This document shows positions 37,001-48,800 of a stretch of DNA of 64,000 nucleotides, piece by piece. The stretch is from Macrostomum lignano (taxonomy: Eukaryota), in assembly GCA_002269645.1 (NCBI GenBank), contig NIVC01000237.1:124001-188000 (forward strand), written 5' to 3'. The notes under the pieces were generated by a model. That model worked only from the letters and a program-made list of their open reading frames with translations, was not told the origin of the DNA and did not search any database. Positions within the stretch are counted from its first letter, which is position 1. Every line of letters starts with the position of its first letter. The position numbers and the translations under genes are program-made.

Positions 37001-37287
37001 CCTTCGACATAGAGCTGCGGCTTGGCGACGGCCGCTTGCTGCAGCTGGAGGTGAAGTCCAGCGCCGGCGAGGCGGCCGGATTCTATCTGAGCCTCGCCGA
37101 GCTGCGCCAGGCCCTGGCCGAGCCGGACAGCCACCGCCTGCTGCGGGTGCTCGGCCTGGCCAGCGGCCGGCCCCGCCTCGTGCTGGTGCCCGACCTGGTG
37201 GACCGCCTGCGACGCGGCCGCTACCGACTGCTGGTGCTGCCGTCTGCTGCCGACTGCGATGAAGCCGCATCTGCGACTGCTGACTGA
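22175..37287 (+). CDS. NOV: NO VEIN (NOV)-like protein, 12 exons, ~2,748 aa: N-terminal NOV region, sacsin-type GHKL (HATPase_c) ATPase, C-terminal DUF3883/NOV_C
   Basis: Exons: 22175-22873, 23717-23881, 24294-24514, 25496-25959, 27408(or 27450)-27796, 27964-28261, 28872-29819, 30524-30790, 31132-31595, 31776-31958, 32400-32891, 33631-37287. All introns are GT-AG, phases match, and the total of 8,247 nt is an open frame. Motifs: [16 protein letters not shown]; [22 protein letters not shown]; NERGF...DVGRSTK...[12 protein letters not shown]; [28 protein letters not shown]; GRIGE...[16 protein letters not shown]...LEVKSS...LSLAEL. Confidence 0.88.
22900..23530. repeat. Intron 1 minisatellite, ~47-bp unit (CCCATAGCAACCAGGTAATGTGTCTGTTGTTTATTAGGATACAGTTT)
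   Basis: About 13 tandem copies are visible. Confidence 0.9.
23985..24250. repeat. Intron 2 minisatellite, 28-bp unit (CAGATCCTCAGTTGCTGGGCCAGCCTTC)
   Basis: About 9 tandem copies. Confidence 0.9.
24590..25345. repeat. Intron 3 minisatellite, 21-bp unit (ATCAGCAGAGGGGCGGATTCT)
   Basis: About 35 copies. The unit is a multiple of 3, so it yields long spurious ORFs. Confidence 0.93.
25995..27407. repeat. Intron 4 minisatellite, 20-bp unit (GGCTGTCAGATTGGTGTGAT)
   Basis: About 70 copies with variants GAT/GGT/GAC/ATA; degenerate at both ends. Confidence 0.95.
28295..28790. repeat. Intron 6 minisatellite, ~31-34-bp unit (GGATCCCTGATCCCAACCCACTGTGTGTCCTT)
   Basis: About 15 copies. Confidence 0.92.
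29865..30490. repeat. Intron 7 minisatellite, 30-bp unit (GAGTCAGTATTCGAATATTACTGTCAGGGGTT-like) with 21-bp insert variants
   Basis: About 15 copies with interspersed GGATTACTGTCAGAGTGTCAG blocks. Confidence 0.92.
30876..31072. repeat. Intron 8 (GACA)n microsatellite
   Basis: Direct observation. Confidence 0.95.
31965..32385. repeat. Intron 10 minisatellite, 25-bp unit (GAGTCACTGAATTGGCCGCTCATTT)
   Basis: About 16 copies. Confidence 0.93.
33010..33570. repeat. Intron 11 minisatellite, 24-bp unit (CTTCCTGTCAGAATCGCCCACTGA)
   Basis: About 22 copies. Confidence 0.93.
36470..36715 (+). repeat. Coding 12-bp repeat (GCACCTTCAGCG/T) encoding a (SAAP)n linker
   Basis: In frame within exon 12: [18 protein letters not shown]... 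Confidence 0.9.
36880..37240 (+). other. DUF3883 / NOV_C domain (PD-(D/E)XK-like nuclease fold)
   Basis: G-x-x-G-E, V-x-W-x-N-E...G-x-P-F-D-I, L-E-V-K-S and F-x-L-S-x-x-E motifs in the correct order and spacing. Confidence 0.85.
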
Positions 37288-37307
37288 CTGCGTTCAGACT
37301 GTGTGTC

Positions 37308-37311
37308 AGCC

Positions 37312-37380
<69 letters not shown>

Positions 37381-37530
37381 GTCTGCTGTCTGTCTGTCTG
37401 TCTGTCTGTCTGCTGTCTGTCTGTCTGTGTGTCTGTCTGTCTATCTGTCTGTCTGTCTGTCTCTCTGTCTGTCTGTCTGTCTGTCTGCTGTCTGTCTGTC
37501 TGTCTGCTGTCTGTCTGTCTGTCTGTCTGC

Positions 37531-37561
<31 letters not shown>

Positions 37562-37625
37562 GTGTCTGTCTGTCTATCTGTCTGTATGTATGTCTGTCTG
37601 TCTGTCTGTCTTATTGTCTGTCAGC
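37308..37625. repeat. (CTGT)n microsatellite immediately 3' of the NOV stop codon
   Basis: Direct observation. Confidence 0.95.
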
Positions 37626-38694
37626 CTATCTGTATTTTTCTGTCTCTCTCTCTGCCTTTTTTGCATCTCATATCCGTTTGTTTTGGCTACTCTCTGCTAG
37701 GCTCCTGTTAAAAAAGTTACCGTGACAAGAATCGCTAGAGTCACTGCCAATGCAAACAACTCACTGGTGGCTCTGGTGACTCTGGTCCATTTTTAGCGAC
37801 TCAACCAACTGGAATGCGACGGAGAGGCGACTGTTGAGTCGCAAGCGCATCAAGTGAGTTGCATAATTGTCGTGAAAAAGTCGTCAGAGTCGTTGTGTTA
37901 GCGCTTAACTTGCTACTGACTTAAGTAGGCTAAACAGAGTTGTTATAAATGCGAAATGCGATTCAAATTCATCAAGTGACGCAGATGCGCTTCAGACGCA
38001 ACTCAGCGATTCTACGGCGACTCCGGCACGCCTCAGATCTGACTGTACGGCCCCAGAGTCGTTTCAGAGTTGCAGACAATCAAAACGCCTCAAATTGACT
38101 CTTTGACGACTTTTTAGCGATTTGTACTTTATTTGTACTTTGTCCTTTAGTTCTCCCTACACAAATCTCCCAGTACGAGTATGCCATGCGTATCGCCTCT
38201 GAGGTAGAAAATTCTCAGTGATTTCACACATGCCAAAATATGTACGCTATTAATCACTGCATGTGCCTCGAACTCAGAATGCAGTTATAATTTAATCATT
38301 GATGGCATTTCTGGTGTATTAAAATACCGAGTGGCACCGTAAACGCGTGGTTTGATTTTTGTTTCATTCTATTTTTTTCTAGCTTTTTTCTGCATTTTAT
38401 TTCAATATTAGTCGCTAAAATAATTTGATCTTGTCCTTGATTCTGCTAAGACTGCGATGATTTTCTAGTAATTTGTCACCTCTTGGATCATTTTTCTACA
38501 TTGCAAGACATAAATATAGCTATGCAGATGGTCCTGTTGCGGGATGGCTCTGTGAGGCTGAGGCGGTTAGAATAAAATCTTGTTGAATTTCATCAGTATT
38601 TCTGATTGACTCACGCCTGGCTTTGCGAGACTTGTTTGATGCTGTTTATTTGCTGTGAATGCATACAGGTAGCTAGGAGATAGATCGCTAGAGG

Positions 38695-38742
38695 TACGTA
38701 GATAAATAGATACATAGATAGATAGATAGATATATTGATAGG

Positions 38743-38814
<72 letters not shown>

Positions 38815-38824
38815 AGATAGATAG

Positions 38825-38867
<43 letters not shown>

Positions 38868-39012
38868 GTAGATAGGTAGTGTAGTGTAGGTAGATAGGTA
38901 GATAGATTGATAGGTAGGTAGATAGGTAGATAGATTGATAGATAGATAGATAGATAGATAGGTAGATAGGCAGTGTAGTGTAGGTAGATAGGTAGATAGA
39001 TTGATAGGTAGG
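38695..39012. repeat. (GATA)n microsatellite
   Basis: Direct observation. Confidence 0.95.
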
Positions 39013-39192
39013 TCGATAGCAGCACAATCAGGATTAAGAAAACAGATACTCTTTACACCTTTTATTAATCAACATGCATCGTTATATTGCGAAATTTTTA
39101 AAGAAGACTGCCAAGCTGTCTGCCGAAAGCATCTGGGAGGATATGCTGTTGCCAAGGGCCCATATGTACTTGGTTATATCGATGCAGCCATT

Positions 39193-39200
39193 GTCTATGG
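39193..39200 (+). promoter_or_regulatory. GTCTATGG motif upstream of WSC1 (also upstream of WSC2, WSC3, WSC4 and LicD in sense orientation)
   Basis: Lies 145 bp before the ATG and is followed by CCAAT (~39208) and TTTAAAA (~39243). Equivalent sites: 41015, 51574(-), 54335(-), 61327. Confidence 0.45.
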
Positions 39201-39337
39201 CCAGCCTTAGCCAATGAAGAGGACACAGATTAGTCTGGTTGTTTAAAAGCTCAGAGTAGCAGTTCAATATTTTATTTCAACCACGTGCGGTGTCGAACTA
39301 TTCTCGGCCAAAAGAAAAATCAATTAATAATTAATAA

Positions 39338-40647
39338 ATGCTCCGCGCCTCTTCTGTGTTTGTTGTTCTGTTAGCTCTCGTGAGCACCGCCCAGAGCTGC
39401 TATCATGGTGAGTGAGTCGTTTGGTCAGAGGTTCTGTGTTTAGCGCAACTCATCTGATATCCATATCATATCGAGGGATTTCGAGCTAATTAGCGAGCTT
39501 CGTTTCTTTGTGCTAGAGGTCCGGGTTCGAATTAAAGTATGGATATTGGGTTAACTTAAGAGCCGAATTGGGTATCAATAAGCGCCAAATTCGGTATCAA
39601 AAAGTGCCAAATCAAGTACCAATAAGCACCTAATTGGATGTAAATAAACGCCATGGATTGAGTATCAAAAGGTGCCATGTTTAGATTATCAATAAGCGCC
39701 AAATTGAGCATCAAGAAGCGCCAAATTTGAGTATCAAAAAGCGCTAAATTGGGTATCAATAAGAGCGCCAAATTAGGTATCAATAAAAGCGCCAAATTAG
39801 GTATCAATAAAAGCGCCAAATTGGGTATCAATTAGCGCCAAATCGAGTATCAATAAAAGCACCAAATTGAGTAACAATAAAAGCGCCAAATCGGGTACCA
39901 ATGAGCGCCAAATTAGGTATCAATAAAAGCGCCAAATTGGGTATCAATTAGCGCCAAATCGAGTATCAATAAAAGCACCAAATTGAGTAACAATAAAAGC
40001 GCCAAATCGGGTACCAATGAGCGCCAAATTAGGTATCAATAAAAGCGCCGAATTGGATATCAATTAGCGCCAAATCGAGTATCAAAAAAGCGCCAAATGT
40101 GTGGGCATCATCAATAAGCGTAAAAAATCGGGTATCAATATAAGCGCCAATTTGGGTATTTGGCAAACCCGATGGCGAAGGTGCGCCAACGAGGCGTGAA
40201 AGGCGCTGATATCGCATAGAATTTCCACATGTATAATTTGTCATTTGAGCATCGGCCGTCCCACTTTAAACCCCAGTCGGAGCCATAGTCTCCGGCGTCA
40301 AGAAGAAGCTGGCATTCGACTGGGGTAGTGAACGCATTGTGCACAAAGGCTGCTACAAGCTTCGCGAACCGGAGCACTATAAATCAGAAAAAGGCACTGT
40401 AAGCTCCCTGACTCAGCTCTCCTGGGAGAAATGCCGCGACTCCTGCTATGGCAGCCCCGACAAAGCCAAGAAAGAAGAACTGATTGGCTTGCACAGCTCC
40501 GAGTGCTGGTGCTTTCATAAATTCAACAAGACCGATCACGTCTCGGACTCGGAGTGCAACCTCATCTGCCATGGCAGCAAGTTGCAGAGCTGCGGCGGCA
40601 AGTCACACATTTCGGTGTACGGCGCCACAAAAGTGGGCAACTCGTGA
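39338..40647 (+). CDS. Secreted single-WSC-domain protein 1 (146 aa, 2 exons)
   Basis: Exon 1 at 39338-39407 encodes the signal peptide MLRASSVFVVLLALVSTAQS-CYH. A phase-1 GT-AG intron follows. Exon 2 at 40277-40647 has the WSC pattern KGCY...C...C...ECWC...ECNLICHG...CGG with 8 Cys. Confidence 0.85.
39556..40160. repeat. AT-rich minisatellite (~22-24 bp, AATTGGGTATCAATAAAAGCGCCA) in the WSC1 intron
   Basis: About 25 variable copies. Confidence 0.88.
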
Positions 40648-41152
40648 TCTCATTTTTAGTAGTCAGTTTTACTGAAAAATAGGTACGATATACAATACGC
40701 TTTCTATGCTGCCTACTTGTCATGCGTTCAGTAGTGCTATGAGAATATTTTTATTGTATCTTCTTGTAGCCCAAAAGTTTTATAAATAGTTTACTGTTCA
40801 TATTTTATTTCTTCTTTTTTCTAGTCAAACAGAAAAATCAATAGAAGCTGAATTTATTCATGCATTATTCCGAGTTTATGTTTTTTTATTGACATGTACG
40901 AGCTACATCGTATAATACGAGCGAATGCTTGCCTACTTCCTCACTGGACCTGCTGTCTTGATTTACTTGCAGGCTAACTGCATGTATAACGGGAGCATTC
41001 CTAGCATTTGAATTGTCTATGGCCTGACTCGATGGGTAGTTAGTAGGAGAGGCGATTTTTATTTTCGACTATAATTTCTGATACATTAAAATTAAGAGCG
41101 ATTACCTAACTAGCAAGCTATAATTATCATTATCAATATTAGCTCAGCTGGC

Positions 41153-41924
41153 ATGCAGACCGGCTGCCACATTGCTGCGGCTTCAGTGCTGCTGCTCCTA
41201 GCCACAATGGCCAGCTCGGCGGATGGCTGCTATCACGGTGAGTGTCAGGTCTTATATGAGATAGCAGTGACTGGAGCAGTATAATTAGGTGACAGGATGT
41301 GATATGAGTGACTAGAGCTGTACAGTTGGATGATAAGATGTGACAATGGCAGTGTCGAGGTGACAAGATAAGACCGGAGTGAGAAAAGCAGTGTCGGGGT
41401 GACAAGACGAGACAGAGGAGTGACAAGAGCAGTGTTGGGGTGACAAGACGAGACAGAGGAGTGACAAGAGCAGTGTCGGGTGACAGGACGAGACCGAGAA
41501 GTGACAAGAGCAGTGTCGGGATGACCCTCACCTGAACGCCGCAGTGGGCGCCATCGTCAGCGGAATCAAGAAGAAACTGACGTTCAGCAGCAATGAACGG
41601 CGCCAAGTGCACAAAGGCTGCTACAAGCTGCTCCAGCCGGACGAGTACAAATCTCAGATTGGGTCCGTGACTTCCATTGAGAAGAACAGCTGGGACAAGT
41701 GCCGCAAACATTGCTACGGTCCCAAACTCGCTGCCAAGCACAAGAACGATAAGATCGGACTGCAGGAGAAAAACTGCTGGTGCCACCATGTGTACCCGAT
41801 GTCCAGCAAGACCGTGGACTCGGACTGCACCTCAGCCTGTCCCGGCAACTCCAAGGAGACTTGCGGCAGCCCGAAACACATCTCGCTGTATTCAGCCGGA
41901 GCTGTCAAGGGCATGTCTGGTTGA
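41153..41924 (+). CDS. Secreted single-WSC-domain protein 2 (154 aa, 2 exons)
   Basis: Exon 1 at 41153-41237 (MQTGCHIAAASVLLLLATMASSADG-CYH); exon 2 at 41545-41924 (VGAIVSGIKKKL...KGCY...NCWC...DCTSACPG...CGS). Clear paralog of WSC1. AATAAA follows the stop codon. Confidence 0.85.
41330..41525. repeat. Minisatellite (GTGACAAGAGCAGTGTCGGG-like) in the WSC2 intron
   Basis: Recurrent GTGACAAGA core. Confidence 0.8.
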
Positions 41925-42197
41925 TAAATAAAAGCGCGCCAATTTGACTTTTATTTGTCACTTTCATTATTGCCTACTTGGTTTAGGCGAGTTTAGTAGC
42001 GTAGAAGTGAGGACAAGTGTATTTTTTCTTTTGCAAGTAAAAGGTATTGATTTTAAATAAACTCCAAATTTTAGGACTTGTATTGAGGTATTATAGTTGT
42101 CATTTTTTAATTTTCATACTGTCAGCCGTGACGTCTTTCGGTGAAAATCGTATTTGTAGTAAATATCTACGTCATTAATACGGGTGGACAGGTTTAC

Positions 42198-42540
42198 GTA
42201 GGGACAGGGTGACAGAAGGACAGGGTGACAAAGGGACAGGGTGACAGAGGGACAGGGTGACAAAGGGACAGGGTGACAAAGGGACAGGGTGACAGAGGGA
42301 CAGGGTGACAAAGGGACAGGGTGACAAAGGGACAGGGTGACAGAGGGACAGGGTGACAAAGGGACAGGGTGACAAAGGGACAGGGTGACAGAGGGACAGG
42401 GTGACAAAGGGACAGGGTGACAAAGGGACAGGGTGACAGAGGGACAGGGTGACAAAGGGACAGGGTGACAGAGGGACAGGGTGACAGAGGGACAGGGTGA
42501 CAGAGGGACAGGGTGACAAAAGGACAGGGTGACAGAGGGA
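42198..42540. repeat. G-rich minisatellite (GGGACAGGGTGACA(A/G)A) between the convergent WSC2 and WSC3 genes
   Basis: About 22 copies of a 15-16-bp unit. Confidence 0.93.
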
Positions 42541-42805
42541 TTGAAGAAGACTGAGCTACAGTGAACGAGCGACAGAGAAAGCCAGTTGCACCGGTTCAGT
42601 TATTGGCTGAGATCTACTCAAGCAATAACAAAGTAATTTTTATGCAGCTAGGCTCAGCTCACGACGCGCCGACGGACACTCTTTTGTGTTTTGGAAAAGC
42701 AAAAAATGAATTAGCTTTTTCAGAAACTTGAGTCCATTCTCTACGAGCGTATTTAGAAGTTGTCAAAAATAATGAGTTTAGTCTGCTGGCATCAGTGCCG
42801 ACCAG

Positions 42806-45800
42806 TCAGACCACGGTGTACACAGCATTAAGGAAGTAACCGCCGCAGGTCTCGCTGGGCTTGCCTGGGCACTGGATTTTGCACAGGTCGTCGTCAACTT
42901 TGCCGTACTTGCCGAACGCGTTGCCGCACCAGCAGTCGTAGTTTTGAACGCCGAAGAATCTGAGCTTCTTTAGCCGGCACATGGAATTGCAGCCCAGAAT
43001 GGTGAGCATGTTGCTCCTGCCGCCAAGGACAGGGAAGTCCTTCTTGACTGGGTCGTCCTTGTAGCAGCCATTGTAACCTGGCCTTGCCTCCATGGCTCTG
43101 TAGCCCATGTAGCCGTATTGCAGTACCTCCATTGATGTGCTGACAGCTGCGACAGCAGCGGCTGCAGAGATTGATTAGGGAGTTTTTTGCGGTGGCGGCT
43201 GGTGAAGGGTGACTTAAAGTTTAGATGCAGATAGTTGTTCTGGAGCTGCCACTGTTTTGCAATATTTATTGTACTTGTTCGTTGCAATCATTAATTGTAC
43301 GCTCAATTAGGCTAACATATTTATTTTGCTCATACGTACAGTCCCTAATTATTGATCGCACCACTTTCATTCTTCACTGATCGCCCCACCCCACATTACG
43401 CTCACGTGTATTGTACGCTTTCACTCAGCTCATTAAATATATCGACCCAGAGCATCTCGCTCAAAAGGCCTTTTCGTTTTTCATCGTTGCAATAGCGCAG
43501 CATATAGTTTGTCTTTCATCTCGAGTTATTCTAGCAACCATTTGGTAGCAGAGCGTGGTTACTCAAGCCACAGTACATCGTGTCCAATAGTCTGTTAGAT
43601 CAGTATGAGCGACGACGAAAAACAGAAGCAAGCGCCAGAGCCCGATGTTGCTTCTCTGAATGCTCTGAGGCGACAAAAGACCAAGTTCAAGTCTGCGCTG
43701 ACCAAGAATCGAAATAAACTGGCCTGGCTACTACAAGACGGTTCTGACAAGAGCGAAATTCAGCACCAGTGCGAAGCCGTAACCGAGATCTTCGAGGGAA
43801 CAATCGAGGCGCTGTACGAGTTGAGCGACGAGTTGCAACGAAACAACAGCGACGCAGCACAGCACTCTCGGCTGCTCGATGAAATAGAAACCGTCGAGGA
43901 GGACTACCGCGTCAGCATGCGAGAGGTCCAGCGTTTCCTGGCAACTCAGCAGTCACCATCTGCAGCGGCACAAGTTCCTCAGGAGACAGCGGCAGCGTCG
44001 GCAGCAGAGCCGGCGGCAGAGTCGGCGGCAGCGACAGCCCAATCGCTGGGTGCAGTCAATCTAGATCGGCAAATCGGATTCAGTGTTGCAGAGCCGGACT
44101 TCATGCGAGGACAGAGACAGCAGAGGCCCTACAGAGACCTTGGTGAGTTTGGCTACCTGCCTTCTTCAAATCAGCATGCGGGTTTCGAGATAAGAGCGGA
44201 GGATCGAACAAGCTCTTCTGAATCAGTAGACGAATGCAGGCTCGGCAACTCTTCGGAGCAAGAGCTGTCGAAGGATCTTTGGAAGATGTTGCGTCGAGTT
44301 GAAATTCCTACCTTCTACGGGGAAAAACAGCAGTACGAGGCGTGGAAGGCAGCGTTCATGGCTTGCATCGATAGGGCTCCAGCAACACCAGAGTTCAAAC
44401 TGCTGCAGTTGCGTCAGTATTTGCGTGGATCAGCGCTGAAGGTGATAGAGCACTTGGGTCATTCGGCTGCTGCCTATCAGGCGGCCAAGGAGAGATTGGA
44501 GCGTGAGTACGGCGGCAAGCGACGACAGTTGGCGCACTACTTGGAAGAGCTAGATAGTTTTCCACCCGTGAAGCAGAATAGTGCCGAGGAGCTGAAGAAA
44601 TTCGCAAACATCCTCGATGTGGCTGTAATTAATTTGGAAGAAGCTGGTAAGAACTCCGAACTTAGTGATGGACTGCTTTATGCTAGATTGCAAAAAAAGT
44701 TACCAGAGCCGATGGTCGCAGCATTTCGACGATGGATCTTCGAGAAGGCGAAAGCAGAAGGCGTTAGGACCCTTCGAGAGTGGGTTTTGCGTGAGGCAGA
44801 GTTCCGAACTGAGGCAGCAGAAATTGTGTACGGGGTGGCCGCATCGAGTCAGGAGCAACCAAGAAAGGACAGCAAGCAGAAGGCCTTCCATGTAGCGCAG
44901 CTAAGCAAGAGCTCAAGCAAGGGGAGCTACTCCTGTGTAGTCTGCAAGGAGGCGCACGATCTATGGAAGTGTCCCGCATTCGGGAAACTGTCGTCTGAGA
45001 ACAGATGGAAGGCTGCTCAGGAAGCCAAAGCCTGTTTCCGCTGTCTTGGCCATGGTCACACCGGTATGAACTGCCGACGAGGTCGAAAGTGCGGCGTTGA
45101 TGGATGCACCAAATCCCACCATCGTCTGCTGCATTCGACAGCAAGGTCGGAATCGAAAGAGAAGTCAGAAGTCAAAGCCGGTGCTGAGCAAGAAATGCAG
45201 TCGAAGCCGAAAGCTGCAACCGTGACAATGGTCGCTAGAGAAGCCAGTGCGGTTTCACTTCGAACGGTTCCGGTCATTCTTAAGGCGAATAGGCGAGCGG
45301 TGAAGGTCAATGCCTTACTTGATGACGCCAGCACAAAGACCTATTTGAATACGGCGATAGCATCCAAGCTTGGCCTGCACGGCAAACAGGAATCAATGCA
45401 GGTAAACGTGTTGAACGGACAGGTGGAAACCTTCATAACAGCACCAGTGTCATGCACCTTGGAGAGTACTGACGGCCAAATAAGCAAGGAGATTACTGCG
45501 CTGACGGTAGATAGAGTGACAGGGAACATGGAAGTAGTAGATTGGCAAGAATTGGCGTCGAAATGGTCGCACTTAGCAAACATTCCGTTTCCAAGAATGC
45601 AAACGCCAGCGGAGGTTGACTTGCTGATCGGAGTCGATCACCCAGACTTGCATGCATCACAGTTGGAAGTGACCGGCGACCCCGGAGATCCGCAAGCGCG
45701 GCTGACACCTTTAGGTTGGACTTGTATCGGTAGAGTTGATGGAGCTTCGGAGCACGCGTTGTTTGCAAACACGTTCTTCAGCCGAGGCGGGTCTGAGAAT

Positions 45801-48800
45801 CTAGCGCCACTGTTACGCCAGTTTTGGGAAGTAGAAGAGGTGAGAAGCATCGAACCATCTTCATTTACTAATGCAGAGCAGCTCGCTTTGGAAAGAACTC
45901 GATCATCGCTAAAGTTCGTCGATGGGCGATACCAAGTTGGCATTCCGTGGAAACCGGATGTCACGTTTAATGATAGCAACTTTGAAATGGCTATCAGGCG
46001 GCTTGCAAATACCGAGAAGAGGCTCCGCAAAGATCCGGATCTAGCAAAGCAGTATCAGGACGTCATCAGTCGCTACGAAAATGTTGGCTACATCAGAAGA
46101 GTACTGGAGCATGAGCAACAACCAGCGAACAGGTATCACCTTCCTCATTTCCCAGTGGTTCGAATGGATAAGGCAACTACCAAAGTGCGCATCGTCTTTG
46201 ATGCTTCAGCTGGCGGTGAGGAGTCGTTAAATAGCCTTATGCTGGCAGGACCGAAGCTTCAGAAAGATCTGGTTGATGTGCTCCTACGCTTCAGGAGGCA
46301 TCCAGTGGCGGTTGCTTGCGACATTTCTGAAATGTACTTGCAAATCGCGATCGCACCAGAAGATCGGGCAGCGCACAGCTTTCTGTGGCGGGACATGGAT
46401 CCGACAAAGGTACCACAGACATTCGAGTTCAACCGAGTGGTTTTTGGAGCAACGAGCTCACCATTTCTGGCGCAATTCGTGACTCAGGAGCACGCGAAGA
46501 AGCTGAAGCAGGAGTTTCCATCGGCCGCAGAAACAGTGCTCCAGTCAACTTACATGGATGACTGCCTGGATTCGAAGAAGACTGATTCAGAGGCTATTCA
46601 GTTGTATCAGGAGCTGGGCCAATTGTGGGAGCGAGCTGGCATGCGCGCTAGGAAGTGGATTTCAAACTCAAGAGCATTGCTTGCATGTGTAGCACCAGAG
46701 GATAGAGTCGCGGAGGTGAGCCTGGATGGTCAGCCGTTGCCAGTTTCGAAGACGCTTGGAGTAGTCTGGAAAAGTGAGGACGATGAATTCACCTTTGTTG
46801 CTGATAGCGAGCTGAGACCAGTCAAGTCAAAGAGGGATCTGCTAAAGAGATTGGCTTCAGTGTACGATCCTATCGGATTGATAGCACCTTTCACCGCGCA
46901 GGCAAAGATACTACTGCAGGAGCTCTGGTGCAGCGGCCTTGATTGGGATGAAGCGCCGGACGAGGCTCTGCAAAGGAGGATTCAAGCATGGTGTGCTGAC
47001 CTGACGAAGCTGAACTGCTTTCGAGTTTATCGCTGTCTGCAGTTCTCTTGCGTACCTACGCAGTCTCAGCTTCACTGCTTTGTCGATGCTTCGGAGAAGG
47101 CCTACGGAGCAGTGTGTTATCTACGATGCAAGTACACCGACGCCTCGATATCCGTTCGGCTCATCGCTGCCAAGTCTCGAGTTGCACCCATAGCAACTAT
47201 GAGCATTCCGAGGCTGGGCTGATGGCAGCGGTCATTGGGCTGAATCTAGCGGTCAAGATTGCCAAGGCACTAGTGATGAACAACAAAGATGCGGTATTCT
47301 GGTCGGACAGCATGAACGTTCTGTTTTGGATTCGTGGAAGAGGACGCTTCTTTAAACCGTTCGTTGCGAATCGCATCGGAGAAATCCAGCAGACAACTGA
47401 TCCGAACCAGTGGAGACACGTGCCAACGGCGTGCAATCCTGCTGATCTGCTGTCAAGAGGCGCAACGATAACTCAGCTGGCCGAGGATCAGAAATGGAAA
47501 AACGGTCCAGAGTTTTTACATCACGACGACTACAAGTGGCCAAGTACCAGGTTGGAGCGACCAGCAGACCTGGAGACGAAAGGTTCGGCGAAAGATTCAG
47601 TCCCGTCTGAAGCGGTCATGTGTGCAACAATGGTCACCAGCGAGCAAAGAAAGCATCAAGTAGAGCGGCTCGATCCGAGCAGGTTCTCCAGCTGGATGAA
47701 ATTCCTGAGGGTAAATGCCTGGATTAGCAGATTTGCCAACAATTGTCGCTTCGAACCACAGTACCAAACTCGAGGAGAGCTGCAGGCGTCGGAGCTGGAA
47801 GACGCGGAGTTAAGAATCATCAAGGATGTGCAGCAAGATGCATTCAGCACGGAGCTTTCCGCCTTGAGGAAGAACAAGAGCGTTTCTGAGAGCAGCAAGC
47901 TGGCTAGAATGCATCCCAGACTCGATCCTAGCGGCGTTCTTCGCTCAGAGAGTGGTCTACAGTTGGCCGAAGCATTGCCGGTTAGTATCAGATCACCAAT
48001 CATCTTGCCAAAGTGCCATCACGTGACAGAATTGATAATCAAGCACCATCACGAAAAAGCGTATCACGCGGGCACCAATCAAGTACTTGCTGCAGTGACT
48101 GCTCGATTTTGGATCCCAGCTGCCCGAGAGGCCATCCGAGCTTGGGAAGTCAAGTGTGCTGAGTGCAGGAGAAGAAAGGCACAGCCAGCTTCGCAGTTGA
48201 TGGCACCACTGCCTCCCAGTCGGCTAGAACCGTTGAGAGCATTTACGAAAGTATCAATAGATTTCGGAGGTCCATTCCTGACGAAGCAGGGTCGGGGACG
48301 TGTGCGTCAGAAGCGGTACCTTGCGCTCTTCACTTGTATGGCAACGCGTGCAGTTCATTTAGAAAGGGCGTACGGCCTTGATGCAAGCAGCTTCCTAAAC
48401 GTGTTGTTTCGCATGATCAATCGCCGAGGTCAAGTTCTGGAAATCTTCTCAGACAATGGAACTAATTTTGTTGGTGCGGATAGAGAACTAAAGGAGCTGT
48501 GCAAGTCGATGGACAAGAACGCATTGCAGTCACGCACATCTCATGTACCGATCAAGTGGCACTTTAATCCGCCCGCGGCTCCGCACTTCGGCGGCGTGCA
48601 TGAGTCAATGATAAAATCAGCAAAGAGAGCGATAAACGCGATCATGAGATCGGCAGAAGTCAGCGATGAGCAGCTTGTAACAGCATTTACCGGAGCAGAG
48701 TCGCTGCTGAACTCACGGCCTTTGACCTACCAGTCGTCCCATCCTGGTGATGATCCGGTCCTGACGCCAGCGCACTTCCTGTACGGGCACGTTGGCGGAC

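Noticed and set aside
33922-37270. Multiple long antisense or alternative-frame ORFs overlapping NOV exons and the retrotransposon pol genes
   Set aside because: These are the expected shadows of GC-rich coding sequence and show no domain motifs.
47210-47225. Programmed frameshift in the BEL polyprotein
   Set aside because: The break lies inside the conserved RNase H RLEL motif, there is no slippery heptamer, and a single missing A explains it as a mutation or sequencing error.
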